DNA of 51,673 nucleotides, taken from NCBI GenBank assembly GCA_021432655.1, contig MU271508.1, forward strand, positions 1 through 51,673, given 5' to 3'. The notes under the pieces were generated by a model, which did no database searches, was not told where the DNA came from, and saw nothing but the letters and a program-made list of their open reading frames with translations. Below are positions 1 to 13,500 of this stretch, in pieces. Made by a program: the position numbers and the translations under genes. This DNA is from Atractiella rhizophila. Its lineage: Eukaryota. The stretch's first letter is position 1; every line of letters starts with the position of its first letter.

Positions 1-3000
1 GGTGCGGGAGGAGATGAGCCTGCTTGGGTGCGCGAGCAGGAGAGGGAACGGAGAAGGAGGGAAATTAAGAGAGAAGAGGACGAGCTGGAGGCGAGGTTGC
101 GGGAATTGAGGGAGAAGAAGAGGGTGAAGGAGGACATGTTGGGTGTCAAAAAGCGGAAAAGAGGTGTTGAAGCGGAAAATGAGAGAGCAGAAGAGAATTG
201 GCTCCTCGAAGATAAGAGGGAGGACGCGATTGGAACTGATGGTTTGAGCAATAGGGTCAGAGAGATGCTTCAAAAGTTCGTCTCTTCGCTTCCCTTCATG
301 TCTCAGTATGTTGGGACGATGCATATGCTCACGATGGACTGATGGCAGGCAAAAGGCGGAGCTTTTCTCAGATTCTAGCGCAAAGAATAAATGGTTCACC
401 GACCCCAAGGCGGCACATTACGCTCCAAATGGGAGACTGCTCGTTTCTAAGGCACGTCGAATTAAATCTTTCCAATCGCCGTCAATAACAGCGATTGAAG
501 GTCTACCTTGCCTCCCGCACCCATTCGCAGCTCTCCCAAATGCTTCAAGAGCTGTCAAAAACGCACTTTCCCGAACAAGGACTCCGAGTCCTCGCATTGG
601 GGAGTAGGAAACACCTTTGTGTTCATGAGGGTGTGAGGGATAGGGAGGACGTGAACGAAGTCTGTTTGGAGATGCAACGCGGTCCGTCTTTTACTCTCAG
701 ATTGCTCGTCGCCACAAAGCAGCACTAAACTAATGGGCTAGGTATGGTTCTTGCTCTTTGAGGTTGGGATTGGAGAAATTGATTTCAAATCTCTTCTCGT
801 TTGCCAGCGGGAAACAAACGATGTCCCTATCTTCCAAAGATGGATGACCCCACGGACCCTCTACTCACCTTCGCCGACGAAGCTTTTGTACGTCCTATTT
901 GCCCAATCTTCCAACTTGATAATTCCAACCAGGCAACACCACACGACATTGAGTCCCTCTTAGCACTCGGACAGGCACACAAACTGTGTTCCTACTACGG
1001 TGCGCGCAGAGCACTACCCTTTGCCCAGCTCGTACTGCTTCCCTATCCCCTGCTACTGTCAGCAGAAGCAAGGGACTCTCTTGGTATCCCATTAGATAAA
1101 GATGGGACGTGCGTGGTGATCGACGAGGCACATAACCTGCTCCCAACTTTGTTGCAGATGCATAGCGTCTCCATAGGCGCCCACCAGATAAGGCTAATAG
1201 GAACGGCAACGGCAACGTACGTTGCAAAGTGGGGGAGGAGGATGAAGGGTACCAATGAGGAGAAAATCAAGTCAGTCCGACCCTGTGGTCATTCTTTATC
1301 TCGAGAACACTAGCTGAGGTTACTCTCTAGGACTCTGGAGGTTGTCATTCGGAGATTGCAGCAGTGGATGACAAAGGATAAAGCCGGTGATGCGAAGGAA
1401 CAGATCTGGAAAGTGGCGGAAGCGGTGGAAGAGATGAGGTTGCAGAATGTCGACCTTGGTTCTTTGGACCAATGGATGACCGATGTGAAAGTTGTACGCA
1501 AAGTATGTCTTTCAGTCGCCTCCGTCAGAGCAAGCTCAGCGCTATAACACCTACACAGATCGGAGGTTACGCAGATCTGTTGTCCTCTGAAGCTGCAGCT
1601 GAAGGGATAGAAAGCAAAAAGCGGAAACGAGGAGAAGAGCGGGTGCGAGCCCATACGGAAGCCAGTCGAGCTTTCTTCGCGCTCCAATCTTTCTTGAGAG
1701 CGCTATCGAACCCTTCGAAGGATGGGAGGATCATCATTGGCGAAGAAGGAGGGACGAGGACGATTAAATACCTCCTACTCAATCCTGCCGGCGTGTTCAG
1801 AGATGTGGTGGAGGAAGCACGCTCGGTTGTACTCGCTGGAGGGACGATGCATCCCGTAGGCTTATTTTGATCCATTCTACACGCGTGGAAGGTAGACTAA
1901 TGTTAAGTAGACGGACGAAGTCATCCATCAGATTTTTCCAAGACGCGATGTCCAAGTCTTCGCATATGATCACATCGTCCCGAACCAGCATCTGTGTGTT
2001 CGAACGATTGGAAAGGGTCCGAAAGGGGAGAGAATGGCGTTTACATACGAGAAAAGGAACGATGGCAATCTTGTCTGTCCACTCACACTCTCTGCTCAAC
2101 ACTATCAGTGGCTGATGTAAGTTGGTGATACGTGATGTTGTTGCAGATGGACGAACTGGGGCGGACGATAATCAATATTGGAAACCTCGTTAAAGAGGGA
2201 GTTGTAGTCTTTTTTCCTAGCTATGACTTTTTGAAGAAAGTCAAGAAGAGGTGGATGGAGAGCGGGATATGGGCTAGACTGGAGGGTAAGAAGAAGGTGA
2301 GCTCGATCCTCATTGCGATCCGATACTCGCAACCTGAAATCGTCCACGTCCAACATCAGGTTTTCGAAGAGCCGAAGAACGGGAACCAGGTCGACGCGGT
2401 CTTGGCCGGCTACGCAGAGTCTGTCAAACAAGTGCGTATTTGCGCGGCAACTCTGATCCGATCCATCAGTGTTCTGACGGAATGGGATTTGGTAGAAACA
2501 AGGAGTAATAATGTTTGCCGTCGTCGGCGCGAAGCTTTCGGAGGGCATCAACTTCTCTGACGATCTCGCCCGGACGGTGGTCGTGTGCGGGATTCCTTAT
2601 CCCAACGCGAACTCTCCTGAGCTGAACGAACGGATAAAATATGTGAACGAGCTCAATGGAGGAGAGGAGGCTGGGAGACAACTTTGTACGCTTCCTCTAG
2701 CTTCTTCCTTTAGTGCAGAAAGGTGATTGTGTGATATAGATCAAAATATCGCGTTTAAAGCGGTAAATCAGTCTATAGGTGCGTTTTCCCCATCGTATTG
2801 GAGGGTTGAATTCACACAGACAAACAGGGCGTGCAATTCGTAAGCGTGGCATATCTCGCTTGACTTGACTGCTGATGGAAGATGATTTTCAGGCCACGCA
2901 AACGATTGGGCATCAATCATCCTGATCGATGAACGGTATAGCTCGAAAGCAGTAAAGTCTAAGCTGCCGGGATGGCTCGGGGGACAGTCTATCAAGACGT

Positions 3001-3074
3001 GCGAGTCGTTTGGCGAGCTTGTTCGAGACTTGGCTGGATTCTTGAAGGAACGTCGACGGACATCGAATTCTTAA
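1..3074 (+). CDS. CHL1: Chl1/DDX11 Fe-S DNA helicase (XPD/Rad3 family), 5'-truncated by the window, multi-exon
   Basis: Spliced motifs KVYLASRTHSQLSQ, LGSRKHLC, CSYYGAR, VVIDEAHNL (DEAH), VVLAGGTMHP, GVVVFFPSY, GAKLSEGINFSD, CGIPYPN and [26 protein letters not shown]. Stop TAA at 3072-3074. Confidence 0.95.
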
Positions 3075-3332
3075 CTGCTTTCTTTGTATACCTTTCCTTT
3101 ATTCCATATTCTTGTTTAGTGATGATGCCATATTGATATTTCTTGTTCACGGAATCTTGCTCAACCATTTGCTGCGTAAGCGACAATTGCTTGGCTCAAT
3201 TAACATTCGGTGAATTATCCGACAGTCGGGTGTCTGCGCCGATGACAAATACGTGCATACATCCATTCATCAACGTTTTCACGGTTCCCCTAAATATAAT
3301 CTCCACATCGACCTGGCCTCATTCCCCAGGTC

Positions 3333-4713
3333 ATGCCTCCGCCCGACCGTCCCCATACGCCACTATCAGCCTCGTCGCGGAACTCTTCGCCGTCGCTCCT
3401 CAAGCTGACGCTGCCGCTGCCCCGCCCTTTTCATCCGAAACAGAGCTCTGTGTTCAGCACGAGCAGCGCCATCTCCCGGGGGAGCATAAGGAGTGGGCGG
3501 AGCGGGAGGGAGGTGTGGGAGACGCCGACGGAGGAGAGGGAGAATATGTTCGATGAGCTCCCGCTCGAGGAGAGTGTGTCGTTCGATGTGCCAGTGCCTC
3601 CTGAGAGCCAAACAAGCACGTCACAGTCGCAGGTATGTCTTCTTGTTGCAATTTTAGCTCAGACTATGTGGATGGTCTATTTGTGTAGGATGGATGTTGA
3701 CGGTGTGATGTGATAGGAGACACACAAGGACGGTTTGGGTTTGATCAACATCAATGGTGTTCATCCATCGTCGCTGAAGGAAAAAGAAGACGAAGATGTC
3801 ACGGCAAAGCATGCACCAGCTCCTTCTCTCCCTCTCCCTCTTTTACAACACGCGAAAGACACAACAACGTCCACCTCCACGTCCCTACAAGCAACTCGAG
3901 GCAACATCACGCACGAACCGCTCTCCGCCGAACCCGAAGCTCTATCTTCCTCGTCCCTTGCAACGCCCTCCCTCTCCCACCCGCGCTCGCACACAGTAGG
4001 GGGAGGATCGACGAGCCTCGCTCCAGCCTCACGCCCACTCCCAACACGCCCACTTCGACGATCCATCCTCCCCCTCCGCCTCTCACTCCCGCCCGCATCC
4101 CCACATCTCCCACTCAGATCCGCACCACCGACTCCATCCCGCCGCCCAACGCCATCCAGACCCTTCCACCTCCACCGCCCACTCGCACTCTCACTTCCCA
4201 ACCCACTCCCACCAACACTCGCCGTCCGGCCAAATCCTCGGCGGCGTGTGTCCCTCCACCGCCATAGCACGCACCTTCATAGGTCCTCACATCGTCCGTC
4301 TGCGGTCGAACAATCCCAGTAATAACCTGGCGTCGACACTGAGCGGCGGGTTCTCTCAGGGAAGCTCGCAGGGCAACTCGGGAAGTTCGCGGCCTGGCTT
4401 ACATAATAGGTTCACGAGCGACGTGCCGTCCATTGGTGGTGGTGGACATGCGGGGAGGGAGGTTAGTGGATTTGAGGAGTGGGAAGATATGGGGGCTAGC
4501 TTCACTGCTGCTGTTAATGGGCCTGCTGTTGGAACGGGAGGGCTTGGGGGGACGTTGGGTTTGGGCGGATTCGGCAGTGGGGGTGGAGCGGGACAGGGGA
4601 GGAGGAGGAAGAGAGCGATGTGGGAGGGTGTGAGTTATGAGATTGGAGGGAGGGAGAGGGAGTGGGAGAGGTTCGAGGTGGAGAAGATGGAGAGGGAAAG
4701 ATTGTTGAGGTGA
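3333..4713 (+). CDS. Hypothetical Ser/Pro/His-rich disordered protein with an apparent frameshift at 3999-4003
   Basis: ATG 3333; intron 3633-3716 (GTATGT...ATAG) joins the 3735 frame. Coding-like sequence continues in the +1 frame from ~4000 to TGA at 4713. No recognisable domain. Confidence 0.6.
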
Positions 4714-5328
4714 GTGGATTTGTTGAGAGATTTAGGATTGGATTGTTTCTTGTTTTTGAGCAGAAGAGAGAGGACGCGAAATAAGGAAGCGTTGTGGTGT
4801 TTTTGCTCTGTTGTCTATCTATCTCATAATTAGCAGCGAAAGGTTGCCTTTGTGCTCTATACGACAATAGGGGCGTTACACCAATTCACATTCAAGGCGC
4901 CAGCCTTTTCGCCTCGTTATAGAGCCAGAGATAGTTTTGCCTTGCCCTTGATAAAACAAGGGGTAGATGGGACATCGGGAAAGCCTTGTGTGGGGAGGGA
5001 GGTGCAAATTGATTAATTTTGTGACTGATTCTTTACGTCAGTATGTGCGTTTGGAGGGGAGAATATATTTCAATTTCACCCCGTGTTGTGCTACTGCTGT
5101 GCAAAGAGGCGGAAACCACAAGCAGGGAAACCGTCGATAAGATTTACACTGTTGCGTTTGCTGACATTAGAACCTTACAGCTCACACTCGTATTCCTTGA
5201 ATGTTACCCATCCATCTCGCGTCGGTTCCTCCCACTCACATTCTCACTCGAACCAACCAGTCAACCTCCAAGCTTCGAACTCGACCGGCGCGACAACGCA
5301 CCTATCCCACCTCTCCCATCACTCCGGT

Positions 5329-8300
5329 ATGGCACTCCTATCCGACTCTTCGTCTACCTCGTCTCCGATCAAGACCCGCAAATCCTACCATTCTCCTCGG
5401 CTCCCCAGCACGAATTCGATCCTCTCTCGGTTTCGGAGCAGCTCGACTTCTCGTGAGAGGGAGAAGGAGAGGGAGAGTAGAGGGAAAGGAAAGGAAAGGT
5501 CGATGGATGGGGAGCCATCCGTCTATTATACTCCAGGAGACTTTAGCCTCGCCTCTCCCCCTGCTTTGTTAGAGAACGAGTATCCCGACCGCATACACGA
5601 GCTGTTGAGGACTAAAAGCGATAAGCCTTCGGCTACTGCTTCTGAAACGGAAGTAGAGCTCGATCGGCCGCACGAAGAGACAGGGGATGATGGGAAGGCT
5701 TTGAGTATCGCAGAGGGGGAGAAGTTTGAGCCGACTCGGAATAGTCTGCCTTCTCGGAGCGCGCTTAGGAAGATGAACATCGCTGGACGGAATGAGGAGA
5801 AACTCAAGATCGTGCAGTTCGTGCACACCGAGCCTCCGAAGAAGGATAGAGGAAGGGAGAGGTCGGGAAGCGGAAGTAATACCGGAGCTTCTTCGAGTCG
5901 GGCTGGACAGCAGAGAACGTCGTGGTCCAAATTTGTAGTCAGTGGAGATCAGCCGCCGGCCAGTCCTGAGCAAGTGTTGGCGAGGAGCACGGAGCAGGAG
6001 TTGATGGATTTCGTGCAACCTGATCCCGTTGAGAGGAGGAGAGTGGCGACTGAGAAGAATAGGCAGAGGATGATTATGCACGATCGGATGCTAGTCAAAG
6101 TCGAATGGACGATTCAGTCCCTCCCTCCAGGTTATAATGAGACCATAGCCTTGGGTATCAAAAAGGACACCGAGCCTTGGGAGGAGTTTGCAGTCGTGTG
6201 GAAGAGGGGAAAGATCGAGTTATGGGTCGATTATAAGATCCCGCTCAGGGAGTCATTTTCGGGTCATAAGAGGCTTAAGCACGTTATTCCAATCAAGCCC
6301 GGGAAGACAAGGCTATCATTATACAGCTTCACTGATCGGATCTTTTGCCTCTATTTCGAGCCGACGGAGGTGTTCTCGAGAAATTCAGGCAAAGCTCAGA
6401 AGCGAGGGATCTTTCATTGGCGTCACGAAGGGACCAACATCTTCCTCTTTCGAGCTAGATGCCCCTCGATTGGGTCGGATTGGCTCTGGCAACTCTTCCT
6501 TGAGCTCGGAGGAAAGATTCCAGAGACACTCGAACTCAATATCTCCTCACTCGACATCACCGTTCGATTCCCCATTCCGGAACTGGCGAGAGAAGGGGCG
6601 GCGGACTTTGACCCGGATGGTCAAACCGTCGGACAGATGTATGGGAAAGGATTGAAATTTTTCACTGTCCAGAATCTGATCGACCATTCGACGAGACTGT
6701 TGGAGGGCTATTCGGAATTTTCAAACTTAGTTGAGGAGAGAAGGAAGAAGGGAGGGGTACTTGCTCTCGCTTGGAGGAGGGGGCAGTTGCTTGATTGGGT
6801 GTCGGAAGAGTTCGACATGGAGGGAAAGGAAAGGATAAACGCTGTCATCGGTCCAGCTGTAATGTTGGCGAACCCTTCAAAGAGGATCGATCAGGATCTC
6901 AGTCTTGAGTTGAGGGTCGCACAACATTACCCTACCTACGTTAGCTTGGGAGTCGCCAAACGACTAAACGAGCCTTCCCCCATAGAAGGATACGTATCGC
7001 GGATACGTCTCAAAACTGACACCAAAGAACGATTATATCTCGCGACTTACGACGGACATCTTTTCGTCATCACTCGCCAACATGCCTTTCCACCCGATCC
7101 TCCGACTCATGGTTCGATGGACAGAACTATACCTGGCATGGCCATGGCGCCGTTTCACTCCACCATCGGGTTCGCCGCGCCAGAAAAGCTCGCTAGATCC
7201 AACAAGAAGAAGGTGCGAAATGTTCTCCTCAGCCTGCTCTCGCTCGGATACGTTCAGCCTCAAGCCCCGACTCCAGAGGAGCCTGTGGATGAGACGCCTA
7301 TGGAGAGGTTTAGAAGAAAAGAGAAGGCGAGAGCCGTTCATCACATCATGCGCTGTCAGGGTTACCTGGACTTGAGGGATATCATCGCTGTAGTGCGATG
7401 GAACCCAGATCTTCTTCAGAAGACAAAGCAGGAGTTGAGTCAACTCACAGTCGCCGATTCCGACCCAACGCCGTTGCCAGACGAGAAAGATATGTCACCT
7501 GAGGAGCTCAGGATCAAACGGTCTTTTGCTGTCATTGTGGGGAAAGGCGCCCTGTACCGCTTCGAAGTTCGTCTTGCTTTGCTATGACAGTAGACATCCT
7601 AACCTTATAAACAGGCAATGAGTCCTCAAGTTGCTGGAGAGTGGATTTCTCGCCTGAATGAGTTGGCTCGGTACTGGAAGCGTCGGCAACAAAAAAAAAC
7701 CGTTGCCAGAGGAGAAAGATATGTCACCTGAGGAGCTCAGAATCAAACGGTCTTTTGCTGTCATTGTGGGGAAAGGCGCCCTGTACCGCTTCGAAGTTCG
7801 TCTTGCTTTGCTATGACAGTAGAAATCCTAACCTTATAAACAGGCAATGAGTCCTCAAGTTGCTGGAGAGTGGATTTCTCGCCTGAATGAGTTGGCTCGG
7901 TACTGGAAGCGTCGGCAACAAGAGGATGCAGCGGAGCAGATGGAGATTACTCCATCCACACACGATGTGTTGAATCACTTCCGTAAGAAACCAGATGATG
8001 ACGAGGTCAGTTTAGACGATCGTCTGAAATTTGGTGGACCACTGCTGGGGGCAATCTACAATTGGTGTATTCTGAACGGCTGCCGGACGATCATCAAATG
8101 CGGTCGTCTCTACATACGTGCTGGAGTTAACAAACTCTACAAAGAACGCTATATGATCATCGTCGATGGTCATTTGCTCCAGTTTCTCATACCCCCGCGC
8201 CATGAAGCTGTCAAAACTGGCCAATCAGAGGTATACCACCAGCGAAAGAACATCACTTCTCTCAAGGACTGCTACGTCTACACTGGACGAATGGTCAACA

Positions 8301-8617
8301 TTCGCTACAAGGCAAACTCGCGCTTCAATCCTGCCAACCTACAATCCAACAACTTTCCTCGTATCTATCCTGATGGTCTCATGTCCATAGACGCTGAAGA
8401 CGAGTGCACCTTTGTCATTTTTCGGAAGATAAGCAACGACGGAAAGGGTCTAGGAAAGAGGGGCACAGCGAGGGTGATGCGAGCGAGGAGCAAAGTGGAA
8501 AGGGATGAGTGGGTGTTTGCGCTCAATACGGAGCTCGAGAAACTTGTCAGGAAGGACAGAAAGCATGAAGAGGGGATGCGCGATTTCGGTAAGACTACGA
8601 TGGCCTCCTCGAATTAA
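5329..8617 (+). CDS. Spo71/Mug56-like multi-PH-domain protein
   Basis: Motifs DRMLVKVEWT, WEEFAVVW, LSLYSFTDRIFCL, GTNIFLFRARC, PIEGYVSR, LKDCYVYTG and RARSKVERDEWVFALNTELEK. The ORF is clean if donor 7567 joins acceptor 7843. The start is uncertain because an upstream exon with acceptor 5180 is possible. Confidence 0.8.
7471..7921 (+). repeat. Near-identical 222-bp direct tandem duplication (period 229) inside the Spo71-like gene
   Basis: 7471-7692 matches 7700-7921 with 3 substitutions (7482/7711, 7512/7741, 7595/7824). The copies are joined by an A9 run at 7691-7699. Confidence 0.95.
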
Positions 8618-9131
8618 ATTGTTATTGTGGTCTACGGACTTTATTACCTATCTTTTCTATTTTACTATTTTTTGCTTTTGGGTTTATTCTTTCGTGGATC
8701 GGTTGGGCTTGCTTTGGGCGTCGGATTGTTTCATTCATTCATCATCTCTCTCATCAGTGCATTCCACGTACATCATTCTTGCCACAACAATCATTCCTCT
8801 CTTCTCAGTACGTTTCATTTTTGAAAAGAAGTCCTTCCGTTACAATCGATCCCATTTGTATTCCAACTACACAAACTTATATTATCGCGATAGTAAAACG
8901 TCGACTACAGTAAATACCCCACATTACATGTCTCGTGGAGTCCCCCATTTTATGCCAATCAATTTCGTGTCTTACATTCCCTTGTCACCACACATATTGT
9001 CGGAACCTACTAGTGGCATGTTCATCATTCGACATTCCCTTGTTTCGCCGCAGCAACCAGCACAGACCGGCTTAACTTTTTGCTCCAACCAACCACGACA
9101 TCCAAACAAGTCTCAAAGCCATAGCGTTGAA

Positions 9132-10491
9132 ATGGAATTGTTAACAGACCTCCACGTATCGTATATTCAGTCGCTGAACGCTCCATCTGCACGCCAAACG
9201 ATAGCTTACCATTTCACTGAGCACCTACGGATGAATGGGCTTTATTGGGGTTTAACTGCTCTTGCATTATTGGGAAGAGAGGATGCACTTCCGAAAGAAG
9301 AGGTAGTGGACTGGGTTTTATCGTGCTATGATGAAGAGACGGGTGATATCTCTGTTCCTGCCTCACGCATGATGTTAACAATCTCGAAAGGTGGCTTCGC
9401 ACCTCATCCAAATCACGATGCGCACATCCATTCTACATTGTCCGCAATTCAAATCCTCGCAATAGAGGACTCTATTTCCGCCTTGGAATCCAAAAGATCA
9501 AAGATTGTTACATGTAAGTTCTACATAGATTCTCAAATCACCCACCTGAACTGATATTTCCCGAACTATCAAGTTATCCTTTCGCTCTACGACGTAAAAA
9601 CAGGTCGATGGGCAGGCGATGCGTTTGGAGAATCCGATATCCGTTTTACGATGTGTGCAATTGCGGCGCTCGCCCTTCTGAACTCTCTGGCAGAGCTAGG
9701 GGACGAACGTGTGCTATCCTCTCCGCTCTCTCCATTATCTAAGAGCTCGATATTGATATGGTATAGGACAGGGATAGAAGGAACCCTTGAATACTTGGAT
9801 AAGTGTAGGAACTTCGATGGCGGCTATGGGACAACTGAAGGTGCAGAATCACACGCATCGTACGGTATGTCCTCGTGCTGTAATTCCTATGTCCCTCCTC
9901 CAACCCCTCTTGGATAGTCTGGACGTCCCTTGGCACACATTCCATACTCGGCAGGATGGACAAGGTTGATGCATCTACCTTAAGCTGGTGGCTGTGCGAG
10001 AGGCAGCTCCCGATTGGAGGGCTGAATGGAAGACCAGAAAAACTAGAAGACGTATGCAATTCCCCGCTTCTCTTTTCCTACGACCATATTTATTATCAAT
10101 CTGAATCCCTCTTCCCATGGCAAGGTCTGTTATTCCTGGTGGTGCCTCGCCTCCCTTTCCATCCTCCGCACCGCACACTGGATCAATGGAGCGAAACTGA
10201 AAGAGTTCATCCTCAGCTGTCAAGATGAGGAAAAAGGCGGAATTGCAGATCGACCCGAAGATGTAGCTGATGTTTGGCATACGGTTTTTGGACTAGCCGG
10301 TTTGTCCTTCCCTCACTCAGTCTCACAAAAACTAGTTGACGAGTGATCCTAATTCGGTTGGTGCTCGGTAAAATGGCGCAGGTCTCTCACTACTCAAATT
10401 TGAAGGCATGAAGGCTGTTGATCCAGTGTTTTGCATGCCCTCCGAAGTTACGGAGAGGGTGATAAAGGGGCATAAAGCTCTCGCTCTCTGA
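9132..10491 (+). CDS. BET2: Rab geranylgeranyltransferase (GGTase-II) beta subunit
   Basis: [46 protein letters not shown]...[57 protein letters not shown] and VDPVFCMP. Six introns; stop TGA at 10489-10491. Confidence 0.95.
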
Positions 10492-10583
10492 TCCCTTGAT
10501 TGACCCTTGAGTATGGAGTTCAGAATGTACGAATGTGATAAATTAAACATGCCTAAGCTGTAACGAAGTACGCGTTATACACA

Positions 10584-13500
10584 TTACTTTTCCTCCTCCC
10601 TCTGCGTCAGGTCAATGTCGTTGTTGCGCTCTCTAGTCGCAGCATCTGAGGCGTCGCCTGCTTTCGATCTTGTACGCTTCTTCTGGGCAGCTAGAAGTTT
10701 CAGCTCCCTCTTCTTCCCCCTCACTGTCTTTTCCTCCAAAAACCGCTCCACCTCTTCAGACGACATCACGCCGTTATCAATCGCTAGCTCTTTCAGGAGT
10801 TTATGGCTCGCCCTCGCTTCCTCCGTATCTCGGTCAGCAGATGCAGAGATCATGACCTTCATGCATTCCTTTTGTAGGTCTTTCCTACCCCCAAGTTGGG
10901 AGAACACGACTTCTGCCGCACTCAACCAGTGACCAATCCCACACAAAGATGACACTGCTGCTATCAACACCTCATCGTACTTCATCCATGCAGGGAGGTC
11001 ACGTAGTGTCTGAAGGAGGGTATCGGGTGCATTTGCCTGCGCGCAAATTCTGAAGAATTGGAGGACTGCCGGGAGGTCTTTAGGGGTGAGGTTGGAAGCA
11101 ATTTCAGACCAGATGGTCCAGATGATTTCGTAAACCTCAAAGCGGGCGTACGACACCATTAGGTTGAACAAGAAGACATTGTCAAAGGTGTATCCTCGAT
11201 GAGCACGTGCTAGACGATGGATGTTGTGGATACCATCGAAGGCATGATTTCGCACATCAAGGTCGAGGGTGGAGTCCTTCGTGGGTTCGGGTATGAAGTA
11301 AAGGTAATGATTGAGCCACAACGTCCAGAAGTAGGTATCCGGGACGATGCCGTTCTCGCTCATATGTTCGAGGACCTCTTCAAGGTAGGAAAAGGGGAGG
11401 CAGACAAACCGCTTCGTCTCTCGCTCTTCCCGCACCACCTCCTTCAACCCAAGCAACGCTTGCCAGTCTCCTGATTGGAACTTGGGCTCCATATCTTCCT
11501 CTGAAGGCGGCTCCTCCATCCGCAACGAGGTGAGGTACTCCACAATATGGTTGTATTCCTTGAGGGTGAAAACGGGCAAGCGGTCGAGAGGAACTTTGGC
11601 AAGCTCTCGCTGCTTTTTCTCCTTCACATAAATGGCGAGATATGCGTTCCAAGCTTCACTATAACTGTTCGCGACCGCCTTCATCATCGCTCGCACAAAT
11701 TTACCATTCGTCCTGCTTCCACTGGACTGCGGCTGAATGTAGTAACCCTCCTTGACAAGATGATGAAGAACTTGAATCGCGAAATCGTTGGCATCCTTCT
11801 TCGTACCAGTTAAAGGTTCTGGATTAGCTTCAATGTCAATGCGGGACGATTTTGCGAGCATCAAAGGCGTGGGAGTATGACGGGAGACCTTGCGAGAACC
11901 AGCACCCGCCATGGTGGAGAAATTGAGGATGTTATAGTAGCTTTCTCGGTCAAGGGGCCTATCGTTCTCTATGGATGTTTGAAGAAGATGACGATAAACC
12001 ATCTGTCCGACCTCCCATCTCGAAAGCCTTTTCCCAGACGACGGAATCTCGAACGTATCACTGTCATCCCACAGATAGCCTAAGCTGAAAAGAAGGTCAG
12101 AAGCGATAGCCTGATCCTTAAGGACGTTCTGCGTCCCAACAGCATGATCATAAAGGTATATGGCATCTTGAAGCTTCGCAGAATGAGACTCTCTCGTCTC
12201 GCCACTCACTTTGGTGTTCGTCTGTGGGAGAGAGAACTTGGAGAGCAGTGCAGTGACGTCTTCAGGATCGGCACGATAGGACGGACCAATCATGTCGGTT
12301 TGAAGGCGTCCTAGAACTTCGAGGGCTGTTTCTCCCTTCCTACGATCGGTATCTGGGTTAAAACTCTGGAAGAGGTATTTTGAGATGTCTTTTGCGTCCC
12401 TGAGGTCGCCTAAGGCCAGGTGGAAGATGCGAGCAGTCTCCTCGAACCCTTCCTCCCGTGCGGAGTAGCTGAGAAGAGCTTTCCAATACGAGAGGCGAAG
12501 ACTTTGTGTGATTTCCTCTGCACTCTTCCCAACGAGGCGAGCGGGATAGACTGGGGGGACTTGAAATTCCCCATGCATTCGATGAAGGAGCGACGCTTTC
12601 GATTTGCTCGTAACGCGTTTCCATAGCTTGTGACGAGCGTTCTTGAATGTCATGGTCTCACATTCCAACACAGTCCTCCACGTCTCTGCATTCCTCCACT
12701 TTCCCATCCTCCTCAAAGTCCCGAACGCAGCCCCATCCGACTCCAGAAGTTGATATTCGAGAAGGAGGTTGCGGAAATACGCCATCTGAGCATAAGAACG
12801 AGTACCAGCGTAGCGATTCATAAGGTGCCAGTTCTTGTAAAAGAGGACAGGGAAGTCATCGAGAAAGCCACGCAGGAGGAGGTAAAATTGTTGGGGAGTG
12901 GGAGTGTAGTTGAGATGAAGCATCGCGCTTTTCAGAAACTTCGAAATGGCTGTAGGATCGCGAGCTAAACTGAAGGCGACAACAACCACATCATAACGTT
13001 CAGTGGTGTGAAACTCCTCCAGAGACTGCCCAAAAATCTCAGTACTATCCTCAAACACCGTCTGGATCAATTTCGCCCTCTTCTTGCTGTTCCCCGGCGC
13101 TTTCTTAGCTAGAACAGCCATGAAGAGATCCAAGTCCTCAATCGAGATCCTCCCGTCATACGGTCTCCTCTTTGTCCCTCTCTCCCGTGGCCCATATCTC
13201 CTCTCGTCCAACTCAATGAGCGCAGAATAAGCGTTTTCTAACTCCTCCAACTGCTCCTCATCCAGAGACGGTGCGCTCATTCGACCGCCAGCAGCATCCA
13301 AAAGCATTAAGAATTTGGTTTCCAGAGGCTGCCGACGGGCGAGATACTCCTTCTCAGAGAGCCTCAAGAAAGGAGCAATGACCCGTTGGAAGAATCCTTT
13401 TGGCGGTGTTGGTGATTTGGACGGGGACGGGATGACGGTGGTGTCGGTAGGTGCAGAAGCGAGAGAATTGGAGGTCGAGGTGGAAGCATGGCGGGAGGGA

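Noticed and set aside
8505..9131. 200-aa N-terminal extension of BET2 in the ORF track
   Set aside because: It overlaps the upstream gene's end and T-rich 3' UTR. Homology begins at ATG 9132.
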